Part shown: positions 1 to 8,162 of the stretch, one piece after another
How the letters are laid out: each line of letters opens with the position of its first letter
Numbering within the stretch: position 1 is the stretch's first letter
NCBI GenBank assembly: GCA_043813445.1
Contig: JBDRLD010000063.1
Location: 1 to 42,116 of the forward strand
DNA length: 42,116 bases
From: Candidatus Uhrbacteria bacterium
Lineage (GTDB): Bacteria > Patescibacteriota > Patescibacteriia > JACPHY01
Direction: 5' to 3'
Notes under the pieces: model-generated
Told to the model about the DNA's origin: nothing
What the model saw: the letters and a program-made list of their open reading frames with translations, nothing else
Databases searched by the model: none
Translations under genes and position numbers: made by a program

Positions 1-108
1 AGCGCATGGTTCTTGCGCGTGCACCGCGTGCGGAGCGACTTATCACAGTGAGTCAGGACTCGAGTACCGGCCACGAGGCATTTACCTCCCTGTTTGGCGA
101 GGCGCGCT

Positions 109-840
109 ATGTGTGAGCGCGTACTATCCGCATGTCTCTTCGTGGTAGTGTGTGCATGGCCAACATCTGCCGCTTCGCAGTGGCATCATCCGCTGGACGC
201 TCTTCAGAAGACGCAGCGTCGAGAGAGTGTTGATTCGCTCATGACCTTTATGTGGAACGTCAGGCCGCTGGAAGCATCCACGATCCGCGACCTCATGCAC
301 GCGCGCCTGGCTAATGCGGAGTTTGTTTTTTCTCGCAGAGGAGGCGAGGACTCTTTTGTGAGAACAGGGTTGCTTCTATGGACGTTGTTTGTGATGCGCA
401 TAGGCGAGATGGACCAGGAACAGTCTTGGTCCGTAGCACATCAATGGCTCATGATTCACATTGTGCCCGACACGGACATGCGCGCGTTGATGCGAGCGCG
501 CGACGAATACGCAAGGTATTCGGGAGAGGTGATTCCAGACGAGCGTCTGACGTATCTTGTATCGGGACATGTGCAGCAGGCGAAATTGCGGGAGAATGGC
601 TACCTAAAAGTGCCTTCAAATACATTTCCGCTTTGGCGTACTGTGCTAGATCTGGACCTTGGGGCGCCTCACTTTGGTTGGCTGATTTTTCGGGCGAATG
701 ATCCTTCCTGCTCCATCGGAAAGTCGATTCCCGATTTCACGCGATTGTTCGAGCAGCGCACCGCTGCGTGGATACGGTACTACATGGGCCAGGGAGAGCG
801 TCCAGTGTACCTGCGTGATGGAGCAGTGTGCGGCGAATAG
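109..840 (+). CDS. hypothetical exported protein (signal peptide)
   Basis: ORF track 94..840 is TTG-extended. First ATG at 109 has GAGG 6 nt upstream. N-terminus MCERVLSACLFVVVCAWPTSAAS is signal-peptide-like. A hairpin terminator follows. No family recognised. Confidence 0.5.
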   Translation: MCERVLSACLFVVVCAWPTSAASQWHHPLDALQKTQRRESVDSLMTFMWNVRPLEASTIRDLMHARLANAEFVFSRRGGEDSFVRTGLLLWTLFVMRIGEMDQEQSWSVAHQWLMIHIVPDTDMRALMRARDEYARYSGEVIPDERLTYLVSGHVQQAKLRENGYLKVPSNTFPLWRTVLDLDLGAPHFGWLIFRANDPSCSIGKSIPDFTRLFEQRTAAWIRYYMGQGERPVYLRDGAVCGE

Positions 841-881
841 TATACTGCCGCAACCCGCCCTGCTGTTCGTTGGGGTGGGAT

Positions 882-913
882 AGCTCAGCACATATATGGT
901 GTTGAGCTTTTTG
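882..913 (+). terminator. intrinsic terminator
   Basis: Stem AGCTCAGCAC / GTGTTGAGCT (one G-U pair) followed by TTTTT, about 40 nt after the stop at 840. Confidence 0.6.
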
Positions 914-945
914 GTGTCTGCGCTTGCAAAAAGTGGAATCGCAGG

Positions 946-1113
946 AACCGTGTCAAGTCCACTTTTCTGCAATCAATAAAATCTTCCTTTTTTGGCTTTC
1001 ATTTTCCTCCCCGCAGTCCTTAGCCCTTTCTCTAATTCGCACGAATTAGAGAAATGATTGAGTGTATGGAAACGGTGCCAGGCTTAATTAACTGGAAAAA
1101 CCGTGTCAAGTCC
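946..1113. repeat. duplicated 15-mer AACCGTGTCAAGTCC (946-960 and 1099-1113)
   Basis: Exact 15-nt direct repeat. Each copy lies in or across a hairpin (929-966 and 1096-1120). Confidence 0.8.
1027..1054. promoter_or_regulatory. perfect 13-bp-arm inverted repeat (possible operator or RNA hairpin)
   Basis: TTTCTCTAATTCG-CA-CGAATTAGAGAAA; both arms are exact reverse complements. Confidence 0.4.
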
Positions 1114-1143
1114 GGTTTTTGAGCAGCGTACGTAGCCACACAC

Positions 1144-1172
1144 AAAACACACCCCGATTAGGGGTGTGTTTT
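1144..1172. terminator. bidirectional hairpin terminator downstream of tRNA-Gly
   Basis: AAAACACACCCC-GATT-AGGGGTGTGTTTT, flanked by an A-run and a T-run. Confidence 0.6.
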
Positions 1173-1240
1173 GATATGCGGGTGAGGGGAATCCTCGCCT
1201 GAGGCGAGTGCGCCTATGGCGCAGAACCTTCTGATGTCAG

Positions 1241-1312
1241 TGCGGGTGAGGGGAGTCGAACCCCTGTCGTCTGCTTGGAAGGCAGAAATCATAGCCGTTA
1301 GACCACACCCGC
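1241..1312 (-). tRNA. tRNA-Gly (anticodon TCC)
   Basis: Reverse complement folds as a cloverleaf. Acceptor GCGGGTG/CACCCGC, anticodon arm TCTGC-CTTCCAA-GCAGA, T arm AGGGG-TTCGACT-CCCCT. CCA is not encoded. Confidence 0.9.
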
Positions 1313-1354
1313 ACTGACATCACAAAGATAAATGAGCTTGCCCGCACTGCCCAT

Positions 1355-1684
1355 CTAGTGGAGTCGATCACGAAGCATCTGCTCGATATCCGCCAGCACC
1401 GCGTCACGGTCGTGTGCGAGCTGATTGGCGAGCGCCGGCATTCCCTCCACAATGTCGCGGTAGTTTCCGCTGTGTGCGAGAATCCAACCTTCCGCCGCGT
1501 CGTTGTCGCTCGGATCAACACCCATGCGCTGCATGAGTTCGATCTGAATTTCGTTGTGTGATATCGGAGTGTGCTCCGTCTGAGGCACCGCTCCCGCCCC
1601 ACCTTCTTCGTGAATGTGTTCAGCCATACATTTGATGTGACAACTGTACGGGTTGTACTGGTGTCCTGTCAAGAGCGGTGCCAT
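1355..1684 (-). CDS. hypothetical protein
   Basis: 109-aa ORF whose ATG (1684) directly abuts the corA stop (TAAATG). An alternative ATG lies at 1627 (MAEHIHEE...). No family recognised. Confidence 0.45.
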   Translation of the reverse strand: MAPLLTGHQYNPYSCHIKCMAEHIHEEGGAGAVPQTEHTPISHNEIQIELMQRMGVDPSDNDAAEGWILAHSGNYRDIVEGMPALANQLAHDRDAVLADIEQMLRDRLH

Positions 1685-2602
1685 TTACAGCCATCGATTC
1701 TTCGTGAAAATACCAAAAAGTGCGAGGGTGCTTACGAGGATGCCGATCAGGATACCGAAAAAAGCAAACGAATTATTGGCGTATGGGAGTGGGACGTTCA
1801 TGCCGTACACGCTCGCGATGAGCGTCGGGACCGCGAGGAGGATCGTGAGCGCGGTGAGGAGCTTCATGACGCGGTTGAGCTGGTGAGTAGCAAGTGTCGA
1901 GTAGGCGTCGCGGATGTTCTGAATCGTTTTCAGTGTCGCCTTACAAAACTCAAGGAGCTGCTTGTAGTCCGGAAGGAGGTCTTCAATAATGTCTGCATCC
2001 TCTTCGTAGAGTTTCAGCTCCTTGCCGGTGAGGAGCTTTTCCAGGGTGGCGTGGGTAGGAGCGAGCGCGGAGAGGAAATCGTTAAGCACTTCCTCGTACG
2101 TGACGAATTGTTCAATCTCACGAGCGCCGATGTGTCGAACGCGCACACTCATACCGCGGACGCGCTTGCCGATGTCGTTAAGGTGCCGCTTGTAGATGTA
2201 GTTCGCCTCGTTGATGATCTCGAGAAAGAACTGAGTATGCTTCGTAGTATCGAAGATAAGATCATCGTCCAGAAACCGCGTGAGCACGCCAAATGGTTTC
2301 TTCGCGAATGTGCAGAAGAAATCCTTCCCGATGATGATGAGGAGTGGGAGCGTAAACGTACGGCCATCCTCTTGCGTGTACGGCATGCGGGTGAACACAT
2401 ACCGTGTTCGGTCTTCGACTTCTAGGCGAGGAACTTCGAATGGGTCGAGCGCATCGCGCAGGAGATCTTCCTCTAGGTCGAGCATCTGCACAAGCAATGT
2501 AATTTCCTCGTCGCTCGGCTCTTCGATGTGGATCCATGTTCCGGGTTCGAACGCTTCGAGTTGCTCCATTGGGCCGCTCTTTTTTCGATAAATTGTAATC
2601 AT
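1685..2602 (-). CDS. corA: CorA family magnesium/cobalt transporter
   Basis: ORF 1685..2761 trimmed to the ATG at 2602 (MITIYRKK...). The C-terminus has two TM helices and the YGMNV (GMN) signature. Confidence 0.88.
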   Translation of the reverse strand: MITIYRKKSGPMEQLEAFEPGTWIHIEEPSDEEITLLVQMLDLEEDLLRDALDPFEVPRLEVEDRTRYVFTRMPYTQEDGRTFTLPLLIIIGKDFFCTFAKKPFGVLTRFLDDDLIFDTTKHTQFFLEIINEANYIYKRHLNDIGKRVRGMSVRVRHIGAREIEQFVTYEEVLNDFLSALAPTHATLEKLLTGKELKLYEEDADIIEDLLPDYKQLLEFCKATLKTIQNIRDAYSTLATHQLNRVMKLLTALTILLAVPTLIASVYGMNVPLPYANNSFAFFGILIGILVSTLALFGIFTKNRWL

Positions 2603-2667
2603 AGATGAATACCTATAGTGTAGCGGATTTTCCGGAGCGTCGAGGAGTAATGGTACACTAAAGGTAT

Positions 2668-3138
2668 ATGTTGTTCCACTCGCCCAGCAGCGGAACGCTT
2701 GTCTTCGACCAGGTGCTTGACGCGATGTGCGCGTATCTTGCCGAGGATCGATCTGCCACATACCGGATTACCATTGGTTCGGATTCCGCAGTGTATCCGG
2801 GACGTGTGGATTGTATTTCCGCGATTGTTATTCATCGGGTGGGACGAGGCGGGCGGTACTTCTGGATGCGTACTTCGCGGGAACAATTCCACACACTTCG
2901 CGAACGCATCTGGCATGAGGCGATTTGTTCGACCACGCTCGCGCGGAGCGTCCTTGACGCGCTTATGGAGCGAGCAGCATGGGATGCTGCGATTGAGGTG
3001 CATGTGGATGTGGGTGCGAATGGTCCCACACGAGTGCTTATCCAAGAAATTTGTGGGTACGTTCGCGCGTACGGGTTCGTTGTGCACACGAAGCCAGAGG
3101 CATATGCGGCAGCAGCGGTTGCGGACAAGTATACATAA
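2668..3138 (+). CDS. YkuK / DUF458 RNase-H-like family protein
   Basis: 156 aa. The pattern FHSPSSG...YRITIGSDS...ISAIVIHRVGRGGRYF matches the DUF458 (YkuK) family as I remember it. Confidence 0.65.
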   Translation: MLFHSPSSGTLVFDQVLDAMCAYLAEDRSATYRITIGSDSAVYPGRVDCISAIVIHRVGRGGRYFWMRTSREQFHTLRERIWHEAICSTTLARSVLDALMERAAWDAAIEVHVDVGANGPTRVLIQEICGYVRAYGFVVHTKPEAYAAAAVADKYT

Positions 3139-3187
3139 TACAATATGTGGTATACTGGAAACAGATTCGTTCATCAAATAGTTTAGT

Positions 3188-3403
3188 ATGCCGAACGGAA
3201 AGCGCGCACCGCGCGGCAGCAATCCTCCCCCGACCGATGCTTGCTGCTTCGCTACGAAGCACTCGCACGCGTGGGGTCTCGTCTTTATCCTCATTGGGGC
3301 GTACGCGCTCGCGAGTGAGGTTGGTTGGGTTCCGGATACGATTTCATTCTGGCCGATCGCGGCGATCACGTTTGGCCTCTACCTCCTCCCGGATCACTCG
3401 TAG
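3188..3403 (+). CDS. small membrane protein, unknown function
   Basis: 71-aa ORF with two hydrophobic helices (WGLVFILIGAYALA, FWPIAAITFGLYLL). A terminator follows. Confidence 0.45.
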   Translation: MPNGKRAPRGSNPPPTDACCFATKHSHAWGLVFILIGAYALASEVGWVPDTISFWPIAAITFGLYLLPDHS

Positions 3404-3420
3404 GGTATTGCTGTGTGATA

Positions 3421-3455
3421 GAACGCCTCGCCGATGACGGCGGGGCGTTCTGATT
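3421..3455 (+). terminator. hairpin terminator
   Basis: GAACGCCTCGCC...GGCGGGGCGTTC imperfect stem, then TGATT. Confidence 0.45.
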
Positions 3456-3513
3456 GACATGCGCACTGAATTTTGATTGTCTGAAGGAGGCGATGGTTAT
3501 CGGAGTAGCTTGT

Positions 3514-4326
3514 ATGGCACAACGAAAACGGGTCGGATTAGCACTGAGTGTCGGCGGGCCGCGCGGCGTTGCGCATGTGGGCGCTATTCAGGTGCTGCGC
3601 GAACATGGCATCCCCATCGACTATGTCGCCGGTGCAAGCATCGGCGCGTGGGTTGGTGCGTGCTACGCGCGGAGCGAGGATGTCGATGAACTCGCAGCGA
3701 AGACGCTCGGCTACAAGCGCGAGAAGGTGCGCGCGATTTTCGAGCCGTCGTTGCGCGGCGGCCTGGTGAAGGGGATACGCGTGGAGCGACTGCTTCGCGA
3801 ACTCCTCGATGACGTGACGTTTGAGCAATTACGAATCCCGCTCACAGTTGTTACAACAGACCTCGTGAGTGGTGCCGAGGTCGACATAACGACCGGAGAT
3901 GTTGTACGCGCGGTGCGTGCGAGCATGGCGATCCCATTCATCTTCCGCGCGGTCGAGGATGGCGATCGTCGGCTCGTGGATGGCGGGCTCATCAATCCGC
4001 TTCCGGTTGACATTGTGCGGCGCATGGGTGCTGATATCGTTATCGCTGTGAATCTTGAGGGATCATCACTCTTGAGTGCAGTAACGCATTCGCGATTGAA
4101 TTCGTCCGTGCGTATTGCAAAGCGTTCTTTCGAGATCATGAGCAACAAGATTGCTGCCCAACAGGCAGTGCGAGCAGACATTGTTATCGAGCCAAAGTTC
4201 TCACAGACCGCGCTCGAGTACTGGAAGGCGTATTTCTTCCGTGATGGAGAGCGAGAGCTCTTAGAGGCCGGACGTGCCGCTGCAACGGAGCAGCTCGATG
4301 CGATTCACGCCGCACTCGACTCATAG
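3514..4326 (+). CDS. patatin-like phospholipase
   Basis: GGPRG oxyanion motif, GASIG (GxSxG) nucleophile and DGG motif. ATG 3514 has GGAG 8 nt upstream. Alternative starts are 3493 (ATG) and 3454 (TTG). Confidence 0.85.
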   Translation: MAQRKRVGLALSVGGPRGVAHVGAIQVLREHGIPIDYVAGASIGAWVGACYARSEDVDELAAKTLGYKREKVRAIFEPSLRGGLVKGIRVERLLRELLDDVTFEQLRIPLTVVTTDLVSGAEVDITTGDVVRAVRASMAIPFIFRAVEDGDRRLVDGGLINPLPVDIVRRMGADIVIAVNLEGSSLLSAVTHSRLNSSVRIAKRSFEIMSNKIAAQQAVRADIVIEPKFSQTALEYWKAYFFRDGERELLEAGRAAATEQLDAIHAALDS

Positions 4327-4513
4327 GTCGGCATCACATCGAAGGCGCCGCACCATGCGGTGCCTTTTCGTGTAACAAATCCGGCTGCATGACGTATATG
4401 TTTCATGAAAGGTCGGATAGTATTGCGGCGCCAATTACCGTGCTACGCTGTATGCGAGAATACTGGAAATACTATGGGGATCGCGAGGCGCACCTCGCAA
4501 CCCGTTCACGGTC

Positions 4514-5074
4514 ATGGATGCAGCTCCGCACGACATTAATGCCGCGTTTCATAGTGGCGAGCCACAGGCGGTGGGGGCGGCGTACGATGCGTACGTCAGC
4601 TCGGTGTATGCGTTCATCTACTATCGGACGCACCACCGAGAAACCGCAGAGGACCTCACCGGTGATGTGTTCCGGAAGGCGGTTGAGCACGCGCGATCGT
4701 ACGATCCCGCGAAAGCATCGCTAAAGACCTGGCTACTTCGCATTGCACGAAATACCGTTATCGATCATGTTCGTGCGCATCGATCCGTCGTATCCATTGA
4801 CGATGTCCAGACCATACCGAGCGGTATCGATGTCGAGCGCGTCGCGGAGGCACGTCGGACATTGGAAGAGGTGCGGAAGCATCTCGACGCGCTGCCGGAG
4901 CGGCAGCGGGAGGTCGTGATGATGCGGGTATGGGACGGACTGTCGTATGCGGAGATTGCGACGATTCTTGGGAAGCGCGAGGGTGCCTGCAAGACCACAT
5001 TCTGCCGTGCGATGAAGCAGCTTCGTATACTTGTGCCGCTGCCAGCGTTCATCGCATTGCTACTTGCGAGCTAA
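4514..5074 (+). CDS. ECF-type RNA polymerase sigma-70 family factor
   Basis: Region 2 (AEDLTGDVFRKA, WLLRIARNTVIDHVRA) and region 4 HTH (LSYAEIATILGKREGACKTTFCRAMKQL). Confidence 0.85.
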   Translation: MDAAPHDINAAFHSGEPQAVGAAYDAYVSSVYAFIYYRTHHRETAEDLTGDVFRKAVEHARSYDPAKASLKTWLLRIARNTVIDHVRAHRSVVSIDDVQTIPSGIDVERVAEARRTLEEVRKHLDALPERQREVVMMRVWDGLSYAEIATILGKREGACKTTFCRAMKQLRILVPLPAFIALLLAS

Positions 5075-5076
5075 TT

Positions 5077-6723
5077 ATGGAACATGTCAACGTCAACCAA
5101 CTTATCGAAGAGATTATCGCTTTTGAGCCCTCGCTTGCCGAGCGGCGTGAGGAGGTGCGCGCGCTCGTCATAAAATTGCTCGCGGTGAAGCCCGATGTGC
5201 GCGTCGATGAGCAGTTCGTGCAGCAGCTCCGTTCAACACTCATCATGCGCGCCGCCGACGCCGCGGTGTCGTCATCAATTCAAAATAGCAGTATGCCATT
5301 CTTCAAAAAACCACTTTTCGTCGGCGGGGTTGCACTCGCGTGCATTTTACTCCTCGTCGGCACGTTCTCTATCGTGCAGCGCTATCGCGGATCATCCGTG
5401 TCGTTTGAAGCGAGACAGACTGCAAAGCTCGGCGCACGTGCATTTGGAAGTCTCGGGCTCACAAACGGTGAGACAGACGATTCGACACAGGAAGCACTCA
5501 TGGGCGTGCGGGGAGAGAGTTTCGACGTCGGTTTCGGTACTCAAACAGGACTCTCATCGGAAGGATTCCTCGATCGTGTCGTGAGCAGTATCGCTCCGAC
5601 CGTGGGGTATGGTGGTGGCGGATCGGCTACCACCACGGCCACATCCCCTGCTGCAGATGCGAAAATGATCGGCATGCCAGCACCATGGTACCGGCAGGTT
5701 CGCTACGAATACGCCGGTGACGCGGTGACGATTCCTGAAGGCGAGCTGTCGGTACATCACCGCGTTTCAAGTGCTGATACTGATGTTGGCATTATTGGCC
5801 TCCTCCGCGGGGTCAGCATGGGACTCTTCAATGTCTCCGCGCTTTCCGACGTGCGCGTGCAGTCGCTCGCTTTTGTGGAGGATCGTACTAACGGCTATCA
5901 GGTGAACGTCGATCTCGCGAATGGACGGGTGAACATCTACCCGAATTACGGGCAGTGGCAATTTGATGATACTTGCGCGAATGTGAAAGGCGGCTGTGCT
6001 CAGCGTCAACTCACCATGGCCGACCTACCCGCGGATACGGAGATTCTCCGTATTGCGAGCGACATGTTGGTGAAATTCGGTATCGATCGAAAGGCGTATG
6101 GCGAGCCGGTTATTGATTCGAATTGGAGACAGTGGCTTGGGAGCGGGGAAGCGGAATATGTTCCGGAAGTGATTCAGGTGCTCTACCCGATGACGGTTGA
6201 TGGGCGCCGCGTCGTGATGACGAACGGTTACCCGTACGGGCTTGAAGTCGGCGTGAATATTCGTCTCATGAAGGCACAGCATCTGTCGAACCTCATGACA
6301 TGGACGTACGAATCCTCGTCGTACGATGTGCTACGAGATACGGACGAGCTTGTACGCATTGCAGAGCTCGGCGGCATGACGCCGGTTCCGTACTACGAGA
6401 GGATGGAGCAGCTTGCGGTCGAGACGGTCAGCGCGCAACTGGGAACGCCAGAGCTCGTGTATGTGTTGCACTATCGGTACGGGAAAGACCAACCGGATGA
6501 GTTCCTTGTTCCGGCGCTTGCCTTCCCGGTCACCACTCCGGACGTCGTCGGCGTCTATGGGCCTGCAGTCATTGTTCCGCTCGTAAAGGAGGTATTGAGC
6601 GACTATCAGCAGGGTGACGACGTACGCGACATTCCACTCCCCGAGCCGGTTCCAATGCCAATGATCGAGTCTGGCAGCAATGCAGTGTCAAACGATACTG
6701 CTCCACCACGATCCATAGAATAG
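5077..6723 (+). CDS. putative anti-sigma factor / membrane-anchored protein with large extracytoplasmic domain
   Basis: ATG 5077 lies 3 nt after the sigma stop. It has a short cytoplasmic N-terminus, one TM helix (LFVGGVALACILLLVGTFSIV) and a C-terminal domain of about 430 aa. The ORF-track start 4930 overlaps the sigma gene and is rejected. Confidence 0.6.
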   Translation: MEHVNVNQLIEEIIAFEPSLAERREEVRALVIKLLAVKPDVRVDEQFVQQLRSTLIMRAADAAVSSSIQNSSMPFFKKPLFVGGVALACILLLVGTFSIVQRYRGSSVSFEARQTAKLGARAFGSLGLTNGETDDSTQEALMGVRGESFDVGFGTQTGLSSEGFLDRVVSSIAPTVGYGGGGSATTTATSPAADAKMIGMPAPWYRQVRYEYAGDAVTIPEGELSVHHRVSSADTDVGIIGLLRGVSMGLFNVSALSDVRVQSLAFVEDRTNGYQVNVDLANGRVNIYPNYGQWQFDDTCANVKGGCAQRQLTMADLPADTEILRIASDMLVKFGIDRKAYGEPVIDSNWRQWLGSGEAEYVPEVIQVLYPMTVDGRRVVMTNGYPYGLEVGVNIRLMKAQHLSNLMTWTYESSSYDVLRDTDELVRIAELGGMTPVPYYERMEQLAVETVSAQLGTPELVYVLHYRYGKDQPDEFLVPALAFPVTTPDVVGVYGPAVIVPLVKEVLSDYQQGDDVRDIPLPEPVPMPMIESGSNAVSNDTAPPRSIE

Positions 6724-6744
6724 TACTCACTCCAAGCGAAAACT

Positions 6745-6780
6745 CACCACCGCTGATCATTGGTCAGCGGTGGTGTTTGA
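6745..6780 (+). terminator. intrinsic terminator
   Basis: 12-bp stem CACCACCGCTGA / TCAGCGGTGGTG, then TTTGA. Confidence 0.6.
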
Positions 6781-6797
6781 TGGCCGGAAAATTAGGA

Positions 6798-7067
6798 TTA
6801 TTTTTTCGTACAATGCGTAGTCCACAATTTTCTAAAAAGAGGCAAGGACAACGTGGAGAGAACAAAGCCAGCCGTTGGAACGATTGGGTTGAGGAACGGT
6901 TTTGGCAATTGTGCAACAAGGAAAAATAGGACGATGGTGAGGTAGGTCAAAATAGCGATGACGATTTTTCTTGTCCAGCTCGTCTCCCACGCTTTATCTA
7001 TCTCAACACGATTATTTCTCAGTTCAATCGCGTTAATTCTTGTTTCGGTATCGTTTAGATTTGGCAT
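6798..7067 (-). CDS. small membrane protein, unknown function
   Basis: 89-aa ORF in the low-GC island with two predicted TM helices after a charged N-terminus (RVEIDKAWETSWTRK). Confidence 0.5.
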   Translation of the reverse strand: MPNLNDTETRINAIELRNNRVEIDKAWETSWTRKIVIAILTYLTIVLFFLVAQLPKPFLNPIVPTAGFVLSTLSLPLFRKLWTTHCTKK

Positions 7068-7126
7068 ATTGTTTGCGCGCGGCCCGATGAATAGTGTTCT
7101 GAATAACGAAACGGATTTCTGTAGTT

Positions 7127-7753
7127 CTACCGTTCGGTCAGGGCGATCTTTAATCCCAGGGCGACAAGCAGCCCACCTAGCGTTTTGCTGAATGCGCCTT
7201 GGTACTTTTCAAAGAGTGAACGAACTCGTTCCTGTGAAAGAAAGACAGCAACAAGTGAAAACCAGAGAATGGTATCCATTATCATGACGCAGGCCATTAC
7301 CATCCTAGCCGATAGCGGAGTTTCAGGTGATATTACGACTGTGAAAAGACTCAAGAAGAATAACGAGGCTTTCGGGTTGAGTACGTTTGTGAGAAATCCG
7401 ATTTTCACCGCCGACAAGCGAGAAATGTCTTGCTTCTTCTGTGACTCGCAACATTCAATTTTCGAGGATTTCGAGAAAAATGATTTGAGGCCGATGTATA
7501 TTAAGTAGCCCGCGCCAAGAAATTTGATTGCACTGAACAATAGAATCGATTTGGAAATAATGAGAGCGAGACCGGCCAAGGAGTAGAAAATGTGAACGGT
7601 GATCCCGCAACCAAAACCAACGGCCGTCCATATTCCGGTTTTCCGAGAATAGGTTAACGTGTTTCTGATCACCATGACGAAATCAGGGCCAGGGCTAATG
7701 GCCGCCAGTAGATGAATTATTGCGACCGTTCCTATGAGTGCTAAGTATTCCAT
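7127..7753 (-). CDS. LysE/RhtB family amino-acid exporter
   Basis: 208 aa, about six TM helices. N-terminal AISPGPDF motif and overall layout are typical of the LysE family. Confidence 0.8.
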   Translation of the reverse strand: MEYLALIGTVAIIHLLAAISPGPDFVMVIRNTLTYSRKTGIWTAVGFGCGITVHIFYSLAGLALIISKSILLFSAIKFLGAGYLIYIGLKSFFSKSSKIECCESQKKQDISRLSAVKIGFLTNVLNPKASLFFLSLFTVVISPETPLSARMVMACVMIMDTILWFSLVAVFLSQERVRSLFEKYQGAFSKTLGGLLVALGLKIALTER

Positions 7754-7859
7754 GTATCTTCATTCAGCAATAGAGTTTTGTATCGAATAATGGCGGGTAA
7801 ACAAACCACGAGCTGACCAGTCTTGCTATTTAGTGTTGCGATAAGGGCCGGTAAAATGA

Positions 7860-8141
7860 TTAGAGAATTTCAATTGTTTCGATTTTTTCCACCCTAGAGT
7901 TGGTACCGGTGAAGCCAAAGAGGTATTCTTTTTTGATGATTTGAAAGAATGCTGGGCTATCTCCCACAAATTCAAGAATATAATTATCCCCTAGTTCGTA
8001 TCTTGTAGTATCCTGTCCAAATTCGTCGTTTAGATCCGCGGGGTGGAACGATCGTTCTTGAATGACAAAAGCCTTGCCATTTATTCTCACACGCTCACCT
8101 TCTTGTAATTGTAATAATTTTGTTTTTAGGTTTTTGTCCAT
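7860..8141 (-). CDS. hypothetical protein
   Basis: 93-aa ORF in low-GC DNA. No family recognised. Confidence 0.5.
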   Translation of the reverse strand: MDKNLKTKLLQLQEGERVRINGKAFVIQERSFHPADLNDEFGQDTTRYELGDNYILEFVGDSPAFFQIIKKEYLFGFTGTNSRVEKIETIEIL

Positions 8142-8162
8142 ATTGACAATAGGATGTTCGTG

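Noticed and set aside
2599-3369. 256-aa minus-strand ORF
   Set aside because: It is antisense to the YkuK-like gene and the small membrane protein gene, and it overlaps the corA start region. No motif was found.
4930-5076. N-terminal extension of the anti-sigma-like ORF
   Set aside because: It overlaps the last 145 nt of the sigma factor gene in another frame. The ATG at 5077, right after the sigma stop, gives a sensible N-terminus.
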